Part shown: piece after piece, positions 57,660 through 64,000 of the stretch | Numbering within the stretch: the stretch's first letter is position 1 | Layout: every line of letters begins with the position of its first letter | DNA from: an uncultured Mycoplasmataceae bacterium | GTDB lineage: Bacteria > Bacillota_I > Bacilli_A > Mycoplasmatales > Hepatoplasmataceae | NCBI GenBank assembly: GCA_947330515.1 | Contig: CAMZOE010000065.1 | Location: 1,526-65,525, forward strand | Length of the DNA stretch: 64,000 nucleotides | Reading direction: 5' to 3' | Notes under the pieces: model-generated | Told to the model about the DNA's origin: nothing | What the model saw: the letters and a program-made list of their open reading frames with translations, nothing else | The model's database searches: none | Made by a program: the position numbers and the translations under genes

Positions 57660-59279
57660 CTATGAAACTAATTCTATTTCTCTTGTTCCTTCATATTGTT
57701 CAAATTCTTTAAAGTTTTTGATATTATTTAGTCCGAGAATAGTGTTAGTTTTTTTCATTTTTGAAACTGTGTATCCATCTTTTATTGTTTCTAAAATTTC
57801 ATAATTATCACTACTAATTATATTGATGTCTGCATCATAACCAACTTCTATTTTACCTTTGGTTTTTAAACCTAAGAAATTTGCTTGATTAGTTGATGTA
57901 ACTTTTATTGCTTCTGCTAATGTTCCATTGAATTCATTTATTCATTTTTTAAAAGCTTGATGCATTGAAATTGAAGAACCTACAATTTTTTCATTTTTAA
58001 AGATAACATTATCTTTCATAGAAATTTCTTCATTAGAATTTGTATAAATTCCTTCTTTTAATCCTTTCATATAAAATGAATTAGTAATTAAAAGAATTTT
58101 ATCTATGTTTTTTAAAGATTTAATTGTTTTAATATTATTTTCATTAATAATATTTTTATCATTTATAATTTCAACAAATATTTCTTGATTAATAATCGCA
58201 TTTTTATTTAATGAAATTTCATTTGTTCCAAATTCTGTAATTGGCATAATAGAATTTATTCCTAAACTTCCAATTTCTTTTTCATTTAAAGCATTAAAAG
58301 AAGCGACAATTTTAATTTCTTTTCCTTGAAGATTGTTATTTAATGGAGAAGATAGTTTTAATGGATTTTCAGTCAACATAGAAATTTTTATTTTATCATT
58401 GTCAATAATTTCATTAATTTTATCTTCATCTAAAGAATTACCATTTACAAATTCTTTAATGTTTTCTAAATTTCATCCAATTAAAGATGCACCATTAAAT
58501 TTTTTATTTACATAATATGAAAATTTTTCTAAGTTATCAATATCTAAAGTTTTTGTAGAAGCTACAACACTAGTAATTCCTTCTTCTATAGAAATTTTAT
58601 TTAGATAAAAATTAAGTTTTTCTTCATCGCCATTATTTCAATCAAAGTTATATGAACCTTGTGTGTGGATATCAATAAATCCAGGAATAATATATTGATT
58701 AAATTCTTCTTCATTTTTTATATTTGTCGCTGGTTTAATCGATTTAATTTTGTTTCCTTTTATTGAAACAATAATTTTTTCTCCATTTTCATTTAAACCT
58801 TTTATTTTTTTAACTTTATTTTCTTTTACTAAGATTTGTTTTTCTTCTATTATATTTTTTTTATCATCTTTATATCTTGAAAAGAAGATCATTCCTAATA
58901 GTCAAATAACAATAAAGGTAAAAGAGGTTCAAAAAAATGCAATTACTTTTCTATCTCAAATAAGATCTCCACCATCTGCCGGTGAATGTCCTGTTCAAAC
59001 AGTTGTTATTGTTATAAACATTATTGGTAACAAGAAAAAAATGAAAAGTAATAAACTATGTTTAAAAGAAGTAAACAAATAATATCCTTTTCTTAAATCT
59101 TTATCATCCTTTTTTTCAAAACGTTCATGAGATTTATTATAAGTTTTTAATAATGAAGATTTCATGTTTTTAAAAAATTCATTTTTTTCTTTTTTCTTTT
59201 TATCAGAATTATTTTCTTCTGAATTTATGTCAGAAGTATCTTTTTCTTCAAGAAGTTCTTCTTTGTCTTTACTCATCAT
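57660..59279 (-). CDS. Membrane-anchored NagA-like (N-acetylglucosamine-6-phosphate deacetylase family) protein, about 539 aa; catalytic motifs appear degenerate
   Basis: Track ORFs 58995..59282, 58638..58892 and 57942..58379 are all in one frame. I hand-read every codon across 58893..58994 and found only TGA codons, with no TAA or TAG. The N-terminal ~130 aa comprise an acidic/basic region plus 2 TM helices (SLLLFIFFLLPIMFITITTVW and VIAFFWTSFTFIVIWLLGMIFF). The remainder aligns by eye to NagA, with PGFIDIHTQG, KILLITNSFYMKGLKEGIY, VGSSISM and GKIEVGYDADINII. The first ATG is at 59279 and a TTG lies at 59282. The stop is TAG at 57660. Confidence 0.7.
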
Positions 59280-60183
59280 CAATTACCTTTCTTAAATATC
59301 CATTATTATTATTTAATAATTGTTGTGCATCTTCTTTTGATAAATCTTTGATTATCATTACTGAAGATAATTTGCATGAATAATTTGTTTCTTCTAATGT
59401 TTTTTTAATTAGTTCTTCATCTGCACTAGTAATTTCAAAAACAATATTTATACATCTTTGAATTAACTTAGCATTTGCCGGTTTTACATCAATCATTAGA
59501 TTTTTATAAACTTTTCCTAATCTAACCATTATTCCTGTTGATAAGGTATTTAAAACTAATTTTTGTGCAGTCCCTGATTTCATTCTTGTTGAACCAGTAA
59601 TTGCTTCAGGACCAACGACGGCATCTACTGTAATGTTAGCAATCTTTCCTATTTGAGAATTTGCTGAAGTTGAAATAGACATTGTTTTGGCACCTATTTT
59701 ATTTGCATATTCTAATCCAGCAACTACATATGGTGTACGTCCACTAGCGGCAATTCCAACAAGGAAATCTTTTTTACTGAATTTAATATCATTTAAATCT
59801 TTAATGATTTCATCCGCACTATCTTCAGCATTTTCTACTGCATTTCTTAAAGCATAATCTCCACCAGCAATTAACCCAATAAACATATCGCTTGGAGCAT
59901 TATATGTTGGAGGAATCTCACTAGCATCAAGAACTCCAAGTCTTCCTGAAGTACCTGCCCCAATATAAATGATTCTTCCACCATTTCTTATTGTTGCTTC
60001 TCCAATTGTAATCGCTTCTCCAATTTGAGTTAATTCTTTTTCAACCGCTAGTGCAACAAGTTTATCTTCTTCGTTAATTAATCTTGCAATTTCTTTTGGT
60101 TCAGCAATATCTATATTAATAGTATTGTTATTTCTTTGTTCTGTCGAGATTTTGCTTAAATCTATTTTTTTTTCTTTATTCAT
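59269..60183 (-). CDS. murQ: N-acetylmuramic acid 6-phosphate etherase
   Basis: It is a SIS-domain protein with IYIGAGTSGRLGVLDASEIPPTY and NAVENAEDS, and it has the length and profile of MurQ. Confidence 0.88.
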   Translation of the reverse strand: MNKEKKIDLSKISTEQRNNNTINIDIAEPKEIARLINEEDKLVALAVEKELTQIGEAITIGEATIRNGGRIIYIGAGTSGRLGVLDASEIPPTYNAPSDMFIGLIAGGDYALRNAVENAEDSADEIIKDLNDIKFSKKDFLVGIAASGRTPYVVAGLEYANKIGAKTMSISTSANSQIGKIANITVDAVVGPEAITGSTRMKSGTAQKLVLNTLSTGIMVRLGKVYKNLMIDVKPANAKLIQRCINIVFEITSADEELIKKTLEETNYSCKLSSVMIIKDLSKEDAQQLLNNNNGYLRKVIDDE

Positions 60184-60186
60184 AAT

Positions 60187-61797
60187 TTATGATAAATCCA
60201 TTCCTTTTGTTCCTATTAATTTCATAAATAAGAATCCACTTACATATGAAATAATGATTCCTACTAAATATATTCCCATCCCAGCAAGCGCATGAGTTGT
60301 GGTTTCACCTGTTTTTACCATTGTCATCATTGGTATGGCTAATAAACCTGAAGGTCCAAACATAGAAACTAATCCAACATTAATGTTAAAGAATTGTGAA
60401 AGAACTCCTAAAAAGAATCCTCCTACTGCTCCACCAAGCATTGCTGCAAGGAAAGCTTTAGGTCTAGGTAAAGTAATTCCATAAATAATTGGTTCACCAA
60501 TTCCAAAGAAACCTGGAATAATTGCTCCTTTGATATCATTTTTTAATTTACCATCTTTTTCAGCTTTCAAGTAAAGTGCAATTGCAACTCCTACTTGTCC
60601 TGCTCCTGCCATTGCAAGAATAGCAAATAAACCATTAACTCCAGTTTCACTTAAAGCTATCATATACACTGGAACAAATCCTTGATGTACACCGAACACT
60701 ACTGCTAACAAGAATATTCCTGCTAATAATGCTGCTCCAAAAGCATTTTGATAAAGTGAAATAAATAATTTACTTATTAATAAGAATAGAATTCCACTTA
60801 AAGGAATAATGATAAAGTATGATACTACAAGTAAAACTAAGAAAGTTAACACTGAAGTAAATACCATATCAAAAGATGGTGGAACTATTTTACGGATTTG
60901 TTTTTCAACTGGAATTGAAACTAAAGCCATTATCATTGCTCCTATAATTGAACCAGAAGCATAGCTTAATGATCAACCTGCCTCATTATAAGCAGGTCTA
61001 AAACCTAATGTTAATCAATTGGTTCCGGGGTTTTTAATATGAATTCCAAGAAAATTAAATCCTGTTACTATGTCAGCGTTTTTTATTGGAACAAATGGTG
61101 CAGTAACTATTCCTGCAAATGCGGGAACAAATAATACTGCCATTAGTCCTCCGGTTGCCCCTGTACCACCAAATACTTCAGCTGTTCTTCAACCAACTAC
61201 TATAATAAACGCATCTTTTCACGCATTTAGTAATGCTTGAAAGAAGTTAAATCATGATTCGTCAACTGGATTTCCTCAAAGTGTTGTTATAGGATCGTAA
61301 CTACCAAATGATTGAATCATTCCAGCAATTCCTCCAATAATTCCTGCTCCAATAAAAGCAAAAATTAAAGGTGCAAATATTTTAGCAAACTTTGCTAAAA
61401 AAACTTGTACACCGGATGTATTTTTTTCTTTTTGTTTTTCTTTATTTATTTTAGTGATAGTTTCTAAATCTAAATTTTCCATATCGTCTAATGAAGCTTC
61501 ATCTTCGCCTTCATCTTCTGAAGTTAAAGATACACTAGTGATATCGAAATTTTTTCCGACTTCGTCTGCAACTTTTTGCACAAATCCAGGTCCTAGAATA
61601 ATTTGAAGCTCTGTACCAGATTCATTTACTCCAAGTACATTTTGTACTTTCTTAAGTTCATCGATGTTTATTTTACCACTATCTTTAGCAGTAACGCGAA
61701 GTCGAGTCATACAATTTGTATAAGTCTTAATATTCTCTTCGCCACCGATTTTTTCGACGATGTCTATGGCAGTTTGTTTTGGATCTTTTTTTGCCAT
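60187..61797 (-). CDS. murP: PTS EIIBC component, sucrose/trehalose/MurNAc subfamily (B-then-C order); MurNAc-specific by context
   Basis: Track ORFs 60187..60936 and 61276..61797 are in frame, and the gap was hand-read (TGA codons only). The EIIB active site is NCMTRLRV. An acidic linker DEGEDEASLDDMENLD is followed by a polytopic EIIC domain. There is no EIIA domain. The stop lies 3 nt upstream of the murQ start. Confidence 0.8.
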
Positions 61798-61929
61798 AAT
61801 TGTCTCCTTTATTTTATTTTATTGTCTTAGTTTATATTTAATCAAATTCCTAACACATATTTAATATTTTGTTTTGATAAATACATTAATATTTTCTTAT
61901 TTTTTTTTAATTTTACACAAGAAAAAAGT

Positions 61930-61938
61930 ATTATATCA
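61930..61938 (-). promoter_or_regulatory. Candidate extended -10 promoter (TGATATAAT) for murP, implying a leader of roughly 125 nt
   Basis: The minus strand reads AAAATTGATATAATAC. This is the only TGnTATAAT match I saw in the 270-bp upstream region. The RBS AAAGGAGACA precedes the ATG. Confidence 0.35.
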
Positions 61939-62012
61939 ATTTTAGTATATACAAATTTTAATAAAAAGTATAAATGATTAATACATTTACTTTTTTATTA
62001 AAGATAATATTC

Positions 62013-62046
62013 AAAAAAATAACTCTTTAAAAGAGTTATTTTTTTG
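62013..62046 (-). terminator. Terminator after the coiled-coil/nuclease-like gene
   Basis: A perfect 37-nt palindrome TCAAAAAAATAACTCTTTTAAAGAGTTATTTTTTTGA. Confidence 0.65.
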
Positions 62047-62070
62047 AATATTATAAATTATGATGAAATA

Positions 62071-63543
62071 TTAGTTTTCAACTTTTTCAATATTTTTTAC
62101 AATTTTTTTAATTTTAAATTCTTGAAGTTTTGTTTCAATTGTTTTTAAGTTACTTACTCCTAAAGCTTTTTGAGCATTAGCAATAATTTTTGAAGATTTT
62201 TTTTGAATTACATCTGCATCTTTTTCGATTGCTTCTAAATTTTTTCTAATGTTAGAAATAGAATTATTGATAAGTTCATTTTTCATTGTTTCAAATTCAT
62301 CAAGAATTTCTTGTTTTGCTTTAAAGTTTATTTGTTCTGAATGTAATTGTTTTTTACTAATTTCTAATTTATATAAAATATGCATAAAGTTAGTAAAAAA
62401 TTCCGGTCTAACAACATACATATTTTCATATTCAGAAACTCTTTTAATATAAAAACGATCTTCTGTTTCAAGTTCAGAAACAAGAATAGAATAATCACCA
62501 TGATATTTTTTAGTATCTTTTGATAGTTTTTCATAGTGATCTTTATTTTTTTTCTTTGTTGAAGAATTTGGATTTTCACTTTTTGCTTCAATAATTATTT
62601 TAGAAAGTCTTGAACCATCATCTGCAAGAATTTCAAAGAAAAAATCAGGTTTTTCACCTACATCAGTTGTTTTTCCTCATTTTATATTTTCTAAATGTGA
62701 TAATTGATTAGAATACATTGTTTGAATTTCATTTTCTAATTCTTCACCAATTCTTTTAATATTAAGACGAGAACCTTTAGTTCTTAAAATTTCTAATTCT
62801 CTATCGATTGTATTTTTTTCTTCAGTAATTTTTGCTAGTATAGCATCTTTTTCTTCAATAATTTTTGCTAGTGCTGCATCTTTTTCTTCTTTATTTTTTA
62901 AATTATTTATTTCAATATCTCTATTTTTAACATCTTCAATAGTTTTGATTTGATTAGTTAAATAATTTATTTTTTCATTTAATTCTTCTTTGATTCTACT
63001 TTGAGCAATGATTATCTCATTTGCTTTTTTTTCTTTTTCTTGTTCAAGAGTTTGACTTAATTGATTAATTTTTAAATTAAGACTTTCAGATATTTTACTT
63101 TTTTCTACTTCAATATCTTTGTTTTTAATTTCTTCATTAATTTTAATTTGATTAGTTAATTGATTTATTTTTTCATTTAACTCTTCTTTAATTTTATTTT
63201 GTGCAATGATTATTTCATTTTCTTTATTTTCTTTATTTTTATTTAATTCATACTCTAACTTTTGAATTTTGATTAAGTTATCTTCTTTTAGTTTTTTTAA
63301 TTCTAAGAACTCAACACTATTTTTAAATTCATGTTCAAATTTCATTTTTTCTATTTCAATTTGTTCTTGTAATTTTTCTTCAAAAATTTTATCTTTTCTA
63401 AGATTAATTTCATCATTTAATGTTGAAAAATCAATTTCATTAATTTCTTTTAGAGAAAAATAATCACCATTTTCAACAGAATTATCATCAATTTGAAATT
63501 CTAATTTTTCACTATTTAAAATTTTTATTTTTACTTTTTTCAT
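62071..63543 (-). CDS. Coiled-coil protein with a C-terminal PD-(D/E)xK-like nuclease motif (DUF2130-like architecture), 490 aa
   Basis: Track ORFs 62677..63543 and 62071..62421 share a frame and are joined by the TGA at 62677. The hand-read linker is WGKTTDVGEKPDFFFEILADDGSRLSKIIIEAKSENPNSSTKKK...YSILVSELE. That stretch contains a D ... E-x-K arrangement (ILADDG ... IIIEAKSE). Confidence 0.6.
62815..62886 (-). repeat. 33-bp tandem repeat, about 2.2 copies
   Basis: It encodes EEKDAALAKII-EEKDAILAKIT-EEK. Confidence 0.75.
62908..63219 (-). repeat. 198-bp (66-codon) period direct duplication inside the coiled-coil gene
   Basis: Copy A (63106..63219) encodes NEIIIAQNKIKEELNEKINQLTNQIKINEEIKNKDIEV. 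Copy B (62908..63021) encodes NEIIIAQSRIKEELNEKINYLTNQIKTIEDVKNRDIEI. The DNA identity between copies is visibly high. Confidence 0.8.
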
Positions 63544-63706
63544 TGTTCCTCGATTCTCTTTTTTTATAATTAAATTTTATTCTTTTTTTATAAAAAAACA
63601 GAATATAAAAAAATATCTTCCATTAAACTTTCAAAAAGATTAGAAAGTAAAATGAAAGATATTTAATGAGATAAAAATTTCAAATAATATTTTTATTTAA
63701 GGTTAA

Positions 63707-64000
63707 TTATATTCTACTTTTAAAAGAACTAGAATAAATAAATAATGCAATTATCCCTATTATAATTAGAAAAATCAAAGTAATAATTAAATAAATATTA
63801 GAAACTTGAATTTTAGCAGGAGCTGATGAGTATGAATTAACAGAGATATTTTTCGAATTTTCTTCAAGTAAAGTATCACTATATTCATCTGTATAACTAA
63901 TTACTGCTCAATAATCAATAGTTTCTCCATAATCAAATTCAACATCTTTATCTGTTCAATTACCTTTAGTTTTATTGCTCAAATAAACTATTGATGTACC
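63707..64000 (-). CDS. C-terminal end of a surface or membrane protein with a C-terminal TM anchor (N-terminus lies outside the window)
   Basis: Hand translation gives ...GNWTDKDVEFDYGETIDYWAVISYTDEYSDTLLEENSKNISVNSYSSAPAKIQVSNIYLIITLIFLIIIGIIALFIYSSSFKSRI, with TAA at 63707. Confidence 0.55.

Noticed and set aside
58893-59282. A separate small membrane protein (track ORF 58995..59282, 95 aa) upstream of an independent nagA starting at 58892.
   Set aside because: Its apparent stop is TGA, and the next 34 codons are open in the same frame and run straight into the NagA-like domain. Under code 4 this is one polypeptide, although internal initiation cannot be excluded without data.

Overview
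Very AT-rich bacterial chromosome segment that uses genetic code 4 (TGA = Trp). The standard-code ORF track therefore splits most genes; I re-joined fragments by frame arithmetic and by hand-reading the junctions. The content is the replication-origin neighbourhood of a Mollicute. The tmRNA tag and the conserved Arg-Pro-Ala-Met-Ile-Ser-fMet-Asp-Phe tRNA block point towards the Spiroplasma/Entomoplasma/Mesoplasma-mycoides lineage, but that placement is an inference. On the minus strand, reading leftwards, lie dnaA, an orphan gene, a DnaA-box cluster, dnaN, recF, gyrB, gyrA and serS, with ffs, tadA and dnaX further left. On the plus strand, reading rightwards, lie rpmH, rnpA, yidC, mnmE, tatD, rsmA, prs, pth, tilS, hpt, ftsH, an ABC ATPase, lysS, rpsF-ssb-rpsR, gdpP, dnaB, secG, rnr, smpB, tmRNA, cdaA, deoD, mgtE, cls, ptsI-crr-ptsH, ligA and ktrB. 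These are followed by a 15-tRNA array, a phosphohexomutase gene and tRNA-Cys. The right end carries a minus-strand accessory block: a MurNAc-type PTS EIIBC, murQ, a NagA-like gene, and a coiled-coil protein with a nuclease-like motif. No rRNA, CRISPR array, IS element or prophage is visible. The most unusual observations are listed here. (1) The NagA-like ORF of the MurNAc operon is fused in frame to a 2-TM N-terminal module, and by eye its catalytic and metal-binding motifs are substituted. (2) A peptidoglycan-sugar catabolic operon sits in a wall-less lineage. (3) An orphan gene lies between dnaA and the DnaA-box cluster. (4) An 800-aa lipoprotein YidC carries a ~480-aa ectodomain. (5) A polytopic membrane protein with faint degenerate GGDEF/EAL-like features lies directly upstream of cdaA. 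(6) A degenerate AsnA-like ORF appears coupled to lysS. All homology statements come from by-eye motif recognition and need computational confirmation.
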